From contig JBIIGI010000003.1 in assembly GCA_044236545.1 (NCBI GenBank), positions 7,709-71,708 of the forward strand: a stretch of 64,000 nt of DNA, in the 5' to 3' direction. Position 1 is the stretch's first letter. Every line of letters starts with the position of its first letter. Shown piece by piece: positions 45,242 through 57,364 of the stretch. The notes under the pieces were generated by a model. The model did no database searches. It was given only the letters and a program-made list of their open reading frames with translations, and was not told where the DNA came from. This DNA is from Chthoniobacterales bacterium (GTDB taxonomy: Bacteria; Verrucomicrobiota; Verrucomicrobiia; Chthoniobacterales; UBA6821). A program made the translations under genes and the position numbers.

Positions 45242-45311
45242 TCCAATTGGATTGTGTTGGCATAATCACTCTCCCTTCGACCTAGCTTGAAGGGCATGTT
45301 CATCAGCCCCC

Positions 45312-45333
45312 TTTTGGGGAAGTTTTGGGGAAC
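45312..45333 (+). promoter_or_regulatory. Two TTTTGGGGAA(G/C) repeats 11 bp apart, inside attR (candidate arm-type sites)
   Basis: ttttggggaag at 45312-45322 and ttttggggaac at 45323-45333, in the same orientation as the TGGGGAAC pair at 36768-36785. Confidence 0.4.
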
Positions 45334-45366
45334 AGCCCGTAGAGCCAGTGTTTAAGAGGTACAAAT

Positions 45367-45440
45367 TGCCTTGTGGTGTAACGGTAGCACAGCAGACTCT
45401 GAATCTGCTTGTCATGGTTCAAATCCATGCGAGGCAGCCA
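45367..45440 (+). tRNA. tRNA-Gln (anticodon CTG), CCA encoded
   Basis: A 74-nt cloverleaf folded by hand: acceptor tgccttg/cgaggca, D arm gtgt-aacggta-gcac, anticodon arm gcaga-ctCTGaa-tctgc, T arm catgg-ttcaaat-ccatg, discriminator g, then CCA. The first 21 nt are attR. Confidence 0.9.
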
Positions 45441-45446
45441 CTTTTT

Positions 45447-45620
45447 AAGGGGATAGGTTATGGGGAGCAGGTGATAGGGTATTAGCAACTCCATAGAGGG
45501 CGCGCCTAGTTTCGGCAAAGACCATAGAAGGTTTACGAGACCATTTTCTCAACTGCGCGGGCCATGAAAGTCGCTTGGGCAGGATCCCCCTTATAGCCTA
45601 TCCCCGATAACCCATCCCCC
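45447..45620. repeat. Inverted pair of two-unit GGGGATAGGYTAT arrays just downstream of tRNA-Gln
   Basis: Left arm aaggggataggttatggggagcaggtgatagggtat (45447-45482). Right arm cccccttatagcctatccccgataacccatccccc (45586-45620) is its imperfect reverse complement. Confidence 0.5.
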
Positions 45621-45626
45621 AAGATG

Positions 45627-46301
45627 TCACTTCTTCCTGACCGGCTTGGAGTAGCTGAGGACGCGAGCGGGGGGGAAATTCTGAACCACCGTTCTGCTCC
45701 CATGATGGTCATGGAAGTGGTCGGCCACCAGACGGCGGAAATGAACCGTGCCAGGGTTGAGGCTGGAGAGAAGATACGTGAAGGTCCGGAACGTGCCGTC
45801 GCACTCGAGTGCGGCACTGGTTGCCTGAATGATCCGTGCCTGCAGATTCTCGGGCATGTTCGCAAAGGGAAGGCCGGAAACAATCAACCGCGCGCGTCCG
45901 AGTCCGTGGCTGGCCAGGATGTCGGCCGTATCCTCCGCGGATCCATGGTGGAAGCGCATCCCGGGGAAGCGCCGAACCAGATTGCGGTGCAGTTCGTGGT
46001 CGAACTCGATCCCCAGATACTCGACTCCCGCCGGCATCCTTTCCCGAAGCACGCTGGTGAATGGGCCAGTTCCCGGCCCGTATTCCACGACGACGTCACC
46101 GGGTTTCAGGTTCACCTCGTGAATCATGGCCTCCCCGAGTTGGCGTGAACTCGGCCAGATCGAACCCACCGTTCCCGGCCTGGTGGCGAAACGGGTGAGA
46201 AAATGCAGGGCATCCACGAGGCGATGCCTCTCAGCGGGTCTGTGTGGAGTCTGATTGGAGCCGGTCATCGAAGAGGGTGGGGAGGGAGGGAGTTGGTACA
46301 C
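45627..46301 (-). CDS. Class I SAM-dependent methyltransferase
   Basis: Motif [13 protein letters not shown], then LGIEFD and IVSGLPF (rRNA adenine / phospholipid N-methyltransferase-like). Confidence 0.75.
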   Translation of the reverse strand: MYQLPPSPPSSMTGSNQTPHRPAERHRLVDALHFLTRFATRPGTVGSIWPSSRQLGEAMIHEVNLKPGDVVVEYGPGTGPFTSVLRERMPAGVEYLGIEFDHELHRNLVRRFPGMRFHHGSAEDTADILASHGLGRARLIVSGLPFANMPENLQARIIQATSAALECDGTFRTFTYLLSSLNPGTVHFRRLVADHFHDHHGSRTVVQNFPPARVLSYSKPVRKK

Positions 46302-46387
46302 GGAGCGGCCCGTCGAGGCAAGTATTGCGATGGCGAGGGAAGCAACAATCCCTTGCCCGTTTTCTTATCATCGGGCTTGATAGGGTG

Positions 46388-46861
46388 ATGCGCCTGCCTC
46401 CAGCGCCCAGCGTGGATCGTCCCTTGATGGCGGTGGTCCTACTCCTGCCGCTTTTCTTTACGGGATGCGCCATGCTGACGCCTCCTGCCGCGTCACCGGC
46501 GATCTATGAATCCAAGCCCACCTCCATCGAGTATGGCAAGGCCTCCTTTTACGGCGGTAGGGATATCGGGAGAGCCACTGCCAATGGAGAGCGCTACCAC
46601 GCTTCAAACTGCACGGCGGCCCATAAAAAATTACCATTCAACACCATGGTCAAGGTGACCAATCTCAAGAACGGCAAGAGCGTTCTTGTCCGGATCAATG
46701 ATCGGGGCCCTTTCGTCAAGGGGCGGATCATCGACCTCACTGTGGTCGCCGCCCGGAAGATCGAGATGATGTCCGACGGCATTATCCCGGTACGGGTGGA
46801 GGTCTTGAAGCCGATCGAAGTAATCCGGAAGCCGAATCGCGTTCTGGAACAGGGACGGTAG
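46388..46861 (+). CDS. rlpA: Septal ring lytic transglycosylase RlpA-family lipoprotein (DPBB domain)
   Basis: Lipobox LFFTGC. DPBB core GKASFYG...TANGERY...[34 protein letters not shown]. Confidence 0.8.
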   Translation: MRLPPAPSVDRPLMAVVLLLPLFFTGCAMLTPPAASPAIYESKPTSIEYGKASFYGGRDIGRATANGERYHASNCTAAHKKLPFNTMVKVTNLKNGKSVLVRINDRGPFVKGRIIDLTVVAARKIEMMSDGIIPVRVEVLKPIEVIRKPNRVLEQGR

Positions 46862-46924
46862 TGAATTTCTTCTGGGAAATGAAAAGGGGTTGACTCTTTC
46901 AAAAACATATCATCAAATGCAGAT

Positions 46925-47566
46925 ATGTTGATTAAAGAGATCTCAAAAGGCTTGCTTTGTGCTTCAGCCCTTGCATTCCTCGCTTCCATCAGTACTCTAA
47001 AGGCAGCGGTTCTGACTGGCATTGATCCGGTCAGCTTTACCGTGGGTAGCGGGCCGGATGTCTCTTATCTCTTGATTGATGAGTCCACCCTCTCATCGGC
47101 GCCCCTGCTTTTTGAATATCGCTATACATATGATATTCTTAACCCGATTTCAGGGTACGAACTGCTGCATGAGGTCGCGAGATTCTCCTCCTTGGACTTC
47201 ACTACCATTTTCTACGGTGGCGGGTTGGGCAATGCGCTCGATTCGGTCAGTTATGGAGGGATAACGGTTTCCTCTTTCACTGCGCCTGATTTGTCTACTG
47301 GAACCTATTGGTCCTATTATGTAGCGGGTGGTTCTGAGGTCGATGAGCCGCTTGCCGCAGGTTTATGGAAGTATGCCGAGGTCGGCATGGATTCGCGGTT
47401 CATCACACCGGGTTCATGGGATGGTTGGACTTTGGCAGGTTGGAACCCCAGTTTTGGCGAAGCACCCTCAATATCCCCAGTGCCCGAGCCGGCCCCGTTG
47501 CCGCTTGCGGTTCTTTCCTTGGCTGCGCTTTTCTTTTTCATTCGATGGAAACAAAAGTGGTCCTGA
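46925..47566 (+). CDS. PEP-CTERM sorting-domain secreted protein
   Basis: N-terminal signal peptide. C-terminal VPEPAPLPLAVLSLAALFFFIRWK (PEP motif, TM segment, basic tail). Confidence 0.7.
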   Translation: MLIKEISKGLLCASALAFLASISTLKAAVLTGIDPVSFTVGSGPDVSYLLIDESTLSSAPLLFEYRYTYDILNPISGYELLHEVARFSSLDFTTIFYGGGLGNALDSVSYGGITVSSFTAPDLSTGTYWSYYVAGGSEVDEPLAAGLWKYAEVGMDSRFITPGSWDGWTLAGWNPSFGEAPSISPVPEPAPLPLAVLSLAALFFFIRWKQKWS

Positions 47567-48291
47567 AATCTTCACGGCGTGGTGCCTTCACCCTGACTGA
47601 GTTGCTTATCACGATATCGATCGTGGCTGTGTTGGGGGTCATCCTGATCCCGGCGGCGCAAAGCGTTTTTGCCTCCTCAACCGGGGCCACCAGCGCCCAT
47701 TGCATCGCTCAGCTCAATGCCGCCGCCCAGTCCTATCTGGCCGAGAACAACATGACCTACTGGCCATACAGGGTCAGCACGAACGGTGGAACCCAGTGGT
47801 GGTTCGGTTTTGAATCACAGCAAAGCCTTCGCTCCCCGGAAGGAAAGCGTTGGCTCGATCTCAATCAAGGCCCGCTTGGCCCATACATTGCGGCCTCCGG
47901 GGGAATGTCTACGGACCCTTCGTTTTCACGTGCAAGGAACACGTTCAAGCCGAAATACGGTTCCACTCATTTTGCCTACGGCTACAATCTCCTCCTCCAG
48001 GGCAGATCTTCACTCGCTCTGAGCAGTCCGGGAAAGGTTCCTGTTTTCGCCACCTGTGCCCAGGTGAACACGTTCCAAGCTCCCGCCTCCGCAAGAAAGC
48101 CGATGGTGGAGGAATTCTACTATTTCAACACCACCGAGAGAACCGTCCACTTTCGCGTGGGGGGGCAGGCCATGGTGGGGTATGCCGACGGATCAGCCGG
48201 ATATCTTCCAATGATGGCCGGAACGCTTGATTCTCGGATGCCCGGTGCCAATATCGGCCGACTTGATCCCACCCTTATCACTCCTCAATAG
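47545..48291 (+). CDS. Prepilin-type N-terminal cleavage/methylation domain protein (pseudopilin-like)
   Basis: GAFTLTELLITISIVAVLGVIL is a class III signal. Start ATG 47545; the longer track ORF overlaps the preceding gene. Confidence 0.75.
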   Translation: METKVVLKSSRRGAFTLTELLITISIVAVLGVILIPAAQSVFASSTGATSAHCIAQLNAAAQSYLAENNMTYWPYRVSTNGGTQWWFGFESQQSLRSPEGKRWLDLNQGPLGPYIAASGGMSTDPSFSRARNTFKPKYGSTHFAYGYNLLLQGRSSLALSSPGKVPVFATCAQVNTFQAPASARKPMVEEFYYFNTTERTVHFRVGGQAMVGYADGSAGYLPMMAGTLDSRMPGANIGRLDPTLITPQ

Positions 48292-48891
48292 ATGAATTCC
48301 AACCAACTCTCCTCTCGTTCGGCGATCATGGCCCTGATCCTGCTCTTTGCCGGCCTCTTCTTCCGGGTGATCCGCGTCGAGGTGGCTCCCGATATCCTTC
48401 CGAACTTCTCGCCGCTCATGGCGGCCGCCCTCTGCGGTGCGGTGTTCATTCCGGGATGGCTGGGGTTGGTTGTTCCTGTCGTGGCCTTGCTGTTTTCCGA
48501 TGCCGCGCTGAATGCTCACTATGGAGAGCCGGTGATTTCCCCGCAGCTTCTCTGGACGCTGCCCTGCTATCTGATCGCAGTCGGTATCGGTTGGTTGCTC
48601 AGGGAACAAAGAGAGCGCCGCGCAGGTCTTTGGCCGATTCTCGGTGGCACCTTGCTCTCCTCGGTGATCTTTTACGTGGTGACCAACACGGGTAGTTGGC
48701 TCGGCTTCACCGCCTATCCTCAGAACCTTGCCGGATGGTTGCAGGCTCTCACCACGGGTCTGCCCGGCTATCCGCCGACCTGGACATTCTTCCGCAACAG
48801 CCTGATCGGCGACCTCCTCTTTGCGGCGTTCTTCATCGCGGTGGAACGCTCCGTCGCGCCTTCCCCGCAACCCGCCAAGGCGAGGGCCTGA
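48292..48891 (+). CDS. Integral membrane protein of unknown function (DUF6580-like, tentative)
   Basis: 199 aa with five to six hydrophobic segments. Confidence 0.6.
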   Translation: MNSNQLSSRSAIMALILLFAGLFFRVIRVEVAPDILPNFSPLMAAALCGAVFIPGWLGLVVPVVALLFSDAALNAHYGEPVISPQLLWTLPCYLIAVGIGWLLREQRERRAGLWPILGGTLLSSVIFYVVTNTGSWLGFTAYPQNLAGWLQALTTGLPGYPPTWTFFRNSLIGDLLFAAFFIAVERSVAPSPQPAKARA

Positions 48892-48896
48892 AAATG

Positions 48897-49544
48897 TCAA
48901 CGACCGGCGAGCCAATGCAGCGCGGGTCCGAGGCGCTTCCGCCACGATGCGGGATCGTGCGAGCCTCCCTGTGCGCGGGTGATCCGGAACTCCCTGTCGT
49001 CCTTCCACCCCTTCGCGCGAAGGATCGCCCCGAGGTCGCGGTGGTACGGTTCGTAGCATTCGTCCAGTCCGACCGTGCCGTAGTCGAAGTGGATCCTGAT
49101 TCCCTCGGGAAGGGAGTGCCGCCCTTCGAGTTCCCTCAGCATCGGGGAATGGATCGGCGGAGCCCCCTCGGTTCCCTCGAAAGAGGTCGAGAGACAGGCG
49201 GCCGCGCCGAAGAGACCGGGATGATCCAGAACCTCACGGAGGGCCGCGACGGCATCGTGCCCTGCGCCGCAGATCCATCGTGCCGCAGGAGATTCCAGCA
49301 CACGGTATCGGGCCGTGATCCCGTGAAGCAGTTTCGAGGGGGACGATCCTTCACCGCCCTCCGCGGTGACGAGAATCATTTTCGGAAGGATTCCCTCCGC
49401 ATGGAGGCGGTCGGCCCATTCCTTCGCATCCAGGGAGTGCGTGAGCGCCAGCAGCAGCGGATAACGTCGTGCTCCCTCCATGGCATGGGATTCGGGAAGT
49501 TCCGCCTGCAAGTTCACCCCGTCAATTTTGAGTCGTTCCGTCAT
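48897..49544 (-). CDS. Putative esterase (alpha/beta hydrolase, esterase-D/enterochelin-esterase-like)
   Basis: YPLLLALTH... and [10 protein letters not shown]...GGSHD pattern. Start ATG 49544, or 49583 as in the track. Confidence 0.55.
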   Translation of the reverse strand: MTERLKIDGVNLQAELPESHAMEGARRYPLLLALTHSLDAKEWADRLHAEGILPKMILVTAEGGEGSSPSKLLHGITARYRVLESPAARWICGAGHDAVAALREVLDHPGLFGAAACLSTSFEGTEGAPPIHSPMLRELEGRHSLPEGIRIHFDYGTVGLDECYEPYHRDLGAILRAKGWKDDREFRITRAQGGSHDPASWRKRLGPALHWLAGR

Positions 49545-49591
49545 ACCCGACCCGTAACAGGCGGCGCCGACTTCTCCAATCACTGATCATC

Positions 49592-53350
<3,759 letters not shown>

Positions 53351-53353
53351 AGG

Positions 53354-53453
53354 AGGCTTGGGATTCGGGCGCCGCGCGTTGTTGCTGCTCGCTCGCAGTA
53401 GTTCACTACAGCTTCGCTCGCGCGTCTAGCGCGGCATCCCGACTTCCAAGCTT
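53354..53453. repeat. ~100-bp hairpin-forming extragenic repeat, copy B
   Basis: Begins 4 nt after the metH stop (aggcttgggatt...gccgcgc...gcgcggcatc...acttcc). Aligns with 17678-17780. Confidence 0.6.
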
Positions 53454-53503
53454 GATCGAAAAATGCCTAATGCCTGATAACTGCGAGCAGCGCTACCGAG
53501 TAA

Positions 53504-54509
53504 TCAGTCGGAAATTCCTGAAAGATCCCGTTCTAGAAGTTGTGATGCTAACAAATCCAAATCTATCGCAGGTCGAACTAAAATCTTATCAGGATTATCT
53601 TCAAGAATATCTTTTACTTGAGGGGGTGTATTAGGATTTTTAATGATGGCTTTGCGTAATTCACAATCATCTTCTTTAGCAAGGAGTGCCAGAACATGAG
53701 AAGGTGTCTTTGTGCTTTCAGCCAAACTAATACGAACCAACTTACTTTTATCATCAGAAATACGCATTATAATATCTGTAGAAACATTTGGATTTTCAAT
53801 GATAGCAACACGCAATTCGCAATCGTCTTCTTCTGCAAGGATCGCTAGCAACGTAGATGGAGTATTTGGATTTAAGGCCACGACAAATCGGACATGACTG
53901 TCTTCATCTTTTGTGAGGCATGATAACATTTCTAGGGAGGAAGAAGGAAGCTTTGCTATGCATGCACGTACATCCCGATCTTTATCATTAATTAGCCTTT
54001 TGATTGTCTCCAAATTGGTATTTGGATTATTTACAATCGCTTCTCTAACTATAGAAGCTTCATTGTTAGCCAGTCGGTCTAATACACTAGGGTGTGTGTT
54101 TGTGTTTTCAGCTACTAGAGCGCGAACTTCAAAATCAAGAATACCTTCATCTAAATCTCTAATTCTAGTAAGCCGATCTAGCACATCTTGGCTGGTATTA
54201 GGATGCGCGGCTATCGCTTGATGAATCCCAGTATTAAACCAATCTACAGAACCAGCTAGTAGCGCCAAAGCACTACTAGGTAGTGTTTGGGTTGCGTGCT
54301 ACTTTGTAAAGAACATAAGGATAGGAATCTTCTGCAAGTTCTAACAAGGCATCACTAGGAGTATTCAAATTACTAGCAACCAGCTCTCTCACATCGCTAT
54401 TCTTATCGCCCGAAAGACACCGCAGTATTTCGGCTGGAGTATTAAGGGATGCTCCCAGAGATCTTTTTTCTTCAAGGCTTCTTTCCGAAGCGCCTTTAGG
54501 GTTTCTCAT
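53504..54509 (-). pseudogene. NPNTP-repeat (leucine-rich-repeat-variant / HEAT-like) protein gene interrupted by a 1-nt frameshift
   Basis: About 11 units of ~26 aa (NPNTPxxxLxxLAxDxDxxVRxxVAx). Track ORFs 54276-54509 and 53504-54268 join into ...VARNPNT-PSSALALLAGS... if the single base near 54281 is skipped. Confidence 0.6.
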
Positions 54510-54614
54510 AGTGGGCTGATTATCCTCATCAACGCAGATATTATGTGTCTATCCGCAAAAAGTGTTGGGAACTAAACCTGATTAGATGAAGAGGGATCAA
54601 AATCAAGAGAAGGA

Positions 54615-54824
54615 TCAAGAGTTTCTGGTTTTTAGAGCCTCTAAAAAGATATCGCCCCACCGTTCATAGAACTCAAGCACTTTGGGGTGAAATCGGTATC
54701 CCCTAGTCGTGATCAAAACAATCCCTGTTCCCCGCAGGGCTTTAAAGAGTTTTTCATTCGTCTCACCATCGTACGTACTGAAGATTCCGAAACGAACAGG
54801 TTCCAACAATCCCACAAGTGTCAT
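54615..54824 (-). CDS. Hypothetical small protein
   Basis: 69-aa ORF in AT-rich accessory DNA. No family recognised. Confidence 0.3.
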   Translation of the reverse strand: MTLVGLLEPVRFGIFSTYDGETNEKLFKALRGTGIVLITTRGYRFHPKVLEFYERWGDIFLEALKTRNS

Positions 54825-54894
54825 TCGAACGGCGTCATCGAGCTCTTACTGTTGCGTGTTATTCATGAAATTGAACGAGTGTAGCGAATCCGTG

Positions 54895-55173
54895 TTATCG
54901 GGCCGTGTTCTGTGATTTCGATTGGACAGCTGCGGCGACGTTCCCGATCTCTTCCTCCAGATCATGGGGATTGAATCGGGGAGCCTTCGTCTTCTCCACA
55001 ATGCGGGTGATGGCGCTCTCATCGATACCGGGCAGGAGTGCTTTCAGGCCGGTAAGTTGTTCGGCGAGTAGTTCGGGGTTGCTCCCGAGGAGTTTCGCGA
55101 TTCCGTTGATCGCCTGCTTGATGACTTGTTGGTTCATATGCGTTGGGTTGGTTGTTGAAGCCTGAGACACCAT
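54895..55173 (-). CDS. Hypothetical protein
   Basis: 92-aa ORF with a natural-looking composition. The overlapping + strand ORF (54905-55165) is Ser/Cys-rich and looks spurious. Confidence 0.45.
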   Translation of the reverse strand: MVSQASTTNPTHMNQQVIKQAINGIAKLLGSNPELLAEQLTGLKALLPGIDESAITRIVEKTKAPRFNPHDLEEEIGNVAAAVQSKSQNTAR

Positions 55174-55255
55174 GTCGTCGCGGCTTTTCAGATTTTACCG
55201 TCTTATGTTGCGGTTCTTTCCTCGATCTGTCGCATGCCGTCAAGGGCCATTCTCG

Positions 55256-55278
55256 AGCCCCCTAAAGGGGGCTTTTTT
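55256..55278 (+). terminator. Orphan rho-independent terminator-like hairpin
   Basis: agccccc-taaa-gggggct followed by tttttt. No + strand gene is recognised upstream. Confidence 0.5.
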
Positions 55279-55403
55279 GCACTTTTTACTCTCGTTTTAT
55301 TTTTTTCGACTGGATGCTTTCTAGTTTTTCCCCTTCCTGAGTTCCTGCTGCAACGGATGCGAAGCAACGGCCAGGCAAGCAATTCCTGATTAAAAACTCT
55401 TCC

Positions 55404-55505
55404 ATGCTCCCCACACTCACTTGGTCAAACCGCCAACGCGCGGTGAAGGTCGATCTCCCGAAGATCCGCCGGATCGTGGAGGTGGTGTTGCCTTGTGTGG
55501 ATTGA
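55404..55505 (+). pseudogene. Truncated duplicate of the ybeY 5' end (33 codons)
   Basis: MLPTLTWSNRQRAVKVDLPKIRRIVEVVLPCVD* compared with YbeY MLPVLTWSNRQRTVRLDLPKIRRIVDVALPLCVS... Confidence 0.6.
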
Positions 55506-55536
55506 CGCCCTGTGCTGCCGGGGGTAAGTGTGGGGC

Positions 55537-55857
55537 ATGAATCCGGTGGTCAATGATCTGCTCTTCCAGAATCGGGAGGCCCTGAAGGAGTTATGCCATG
55601 CCCAGAAGGTGCGTGAACTGGATATTTTTGGTTCGGCCACCAGGGCCGACTTTGATCCTTCGCGGAGCGATCTCGATTTTCTCGTTGAGTTTCAGGATCC
55701 GGATCGTCCCGGTATAGCCGACAGGTTCCTTGGCCTTGCCGAGGGGCTTGAGCGGATCTTCCAACGCAATGTGGATCTCGTGACCCGGAGGTCGCTGAAG
55801 AATCCGGTCTTCATCGGGGCGGTCAACCGCTCCAAGCAGGTCGTCTATGCAGGATGA
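55537..55857 (+). CDS. mntA: MNT-type nucleotidyltransferase antitoxin
   Basis: Nucleotidyltransferase motif IFGSATRADFDPSRSDLDFLV. Overlaps the downstream HepT gene by 11 nt. Confidence 0.8.
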   Translation: MNPVVNDLLFQNREALKELCHAQKVRELDIFGSATRADFDPSRSDLDFLVEFQDPDRPGIADRFLGLAEGLERIFQRNVDLVTRRSLKNPVFIGAVNRSKQVVYAG

Positions 55858-56182
55858 GGCGCTCAAGCTCCTGACGGATATCCGTGAGGCATTGGAGGAG
55901 GTCGACGGCTTCACTGCCGGGATTGATCTTCCTGCCTATGAAGCGGATCCAATGAGGAGAGCGGCAGTGGAGCGCAAGTTTGAGATTATCGGTGAGGCCT
56001 GTAATAGGCTTTCCCTTCGTGATGAAGGGGTCTTCGAGAAAATTACCCACGCCCCGCAGATCATTGGTTTCCGCAATCGTTGGATCCACGGATACGATGC
56101 GGTGGATCATGCGATCGTCTGGGATGTCGTGAAGAACAAGCTCCCCCTGCTCAAAGCAGAGGTGGATTCCTTGCTTGGATAA
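55847..56182 (+). CDS. hepT: HepT (DUF86/HEPN) toxin
   Basis: HEPN Rx4HxY motif RNRWIHGY. 111 aa. Confidence 0.85.
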   Translation: MQDEALKLLTDIREALEEVDGFTAGIDLPAYEADPMRRAAVERKFEIIGEACNRLSLRDEGVFEKITHAPQIIGFRNRWIHGYDAVDHAIVWDVVKNKLPLLKAEVDSLLG

Positions 56183-56334
56183 CACCAGCTGGCAAAAGGG
56201 AAACCATCCTGCCTCTTTCCTCTGCGATCTCAGTGCCTTTGCATACTCGGCCGTTGCTGCGCATCCGTTACGGGCGGGATATCCTACAGTTTTTCCCCTT
56301 CCTGAGTTCCTGAGTTCAATATTCAAATTCCCTG

Positions 56335-56766
56335 ATGCTTCCTGTCCTTACTTGGTCCAACCGTCAGCGCACGGTGCGTCTGGATCTGCCCAAGATCCGG
56401 CGGATCGTCGATGTGGCCTTGCCGTTGTGTGTTTCAAAGCCACGGAGGAAGGGTATGGAGCTTCCCGACGAGGTGGAGATCACGCTGCTGGGGGAGGCGG
56501 CGATCGCGAAGGTGCACGGGGAGTTCCTCCACGATCCGACGCCGACGGATGTGATCACCTTCGAGCATGGGGAGATCCTGATCGGGGTGCCGATCGCCGC
56601 CGCTAATGCCCGGAAGTTCCGCCACCCAGCGGATCATGAGGTGGCCCTCTGCGCGATTCATGGTCTGCTGCACCTGCTCGGCTACGATGATCTGACCGAG
56701 AAGGAAAAAGTGATCATGCATGCCCGGCAGGAGGAGATTTTAGAAGAAGCCCTGCGAGCATCGTGA
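56335..56766 (+). CDS. ybeY: rRNA maturation endoribonuclease YbeY
   Basis: Zinc motif HGLLHLLGYDD. 143 aa. Confidence 0.9.
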   Translation: MLPVLTWSNRQRTVRLDLPKIRRIVDVALPLCVSKPRRKGMELPDEVEITLLGEAAIAKVHGEFLHDPTPTDVITFEHGEILIGVPIAAANARKFRHPADHEVALCAIHGLLHLLGYDDLTEKEKVIMHARQEEILEEALRAS

Positions 56767-56779
56767 TAGCTTTCCCCAC

Positions 56780-57364
56780 ATGGGAGAAGCCGCCATCCAG
56801 AAGGAGCAGATCGATTCCGGGAGCGATCTCGGGGTGATCGTGCGTGCGGCGGAGCTATGCAATCCCTTCCTTGATGCCTTGGGTGCGGTGACGCTTGAGG
56901 TGAGGGGGGCGGTGGCCGCCTCGGTAGTGAACTGGAATGCCGCCCTCTTTTCCCCGGTGATCAGGCCCGCTCTGGCTGACGTGCGGCGGGAGTATTCCCT
57001 GGGAGGGAATCTCGAGATCGCCGTGATCGACTGTCGTCTGGAGTCATGCCTTCCAAAGGGGCTCTCCCTCCAGAGCAGGACGGAGGGAAAGCGTCTGATC
57101 GGCGGGTTGCTTCCGCCACGGGGAGACCGGGTCGTGGAGCGTTATCGCGAGGCCGTCCTCTCGGGTGACGCTCCGGGACACCTTGCCGTGATCCATGCGC
57201 TCCGCGCCGCTCTCTTCAGCCTTCCCCCGCGAGTGATGGAGGGGGCCTATCTCCTGCAGGAGGGGACCGGTTCGGGGCTTGATGGCCGCGATATTTCACG
57301 CTTCCTGATCAATGGAATCCTTGGTCGGGAGGAGAATACTCCCGCTACTATCGCGGTGGCATGA
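56780..57364 (+). CDS. Hypothetical protein
   Basis: 194-aa ORF with host-like composition. 4-nt overlap with clpS. Confidence 0.55.
   Translation: MGEAAIQKEQIDSGSDLGVIVRAAELCNPFLDALGAVTLEVRGAVAASVVNWNAALFSPVIRPALADVRREYSLGGNLEIAVIDCRLESCLPKGLSLQSRTEGKRLIGGLLPPRGDRVVERYREAVLSGDAPGHLAVIHALRAALFSLPPRVMEGAYLLQEGTGSGLDGRDISRFLINGILGREENTPATIAVA

Larger units (their letters stand above)
36673..45387. mobile_element. Integrative genomic island at tRNA-Gln(CTG)
   Basis: Abrupt AT-rich composition by eye, a 21-bp direct repeat at both ends, a tyrosine integrase with an HTH excisionase-like gene at the left end, and a serine recombinase plus restriction-type cargo. Confidence 0.8.

Noticed and set aside
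49584-49591. Cobalamin or SAM riboswitch upstream of metH
   Set aside because: Only 8 bp separate metH from the divergent esterase ORF (track start 49583), or about 47 bp if that gene starts at ATG 49544. Neither leaves room for a leader structure.
54905-55165. 86-aa + strand ORF that would sit upstream of the orphan terminator
   Set aside because: Its Ser/Cys/Phe-rich translation looks non-biological. The overlapping minus-strand ORF has far more protein-like sequence.
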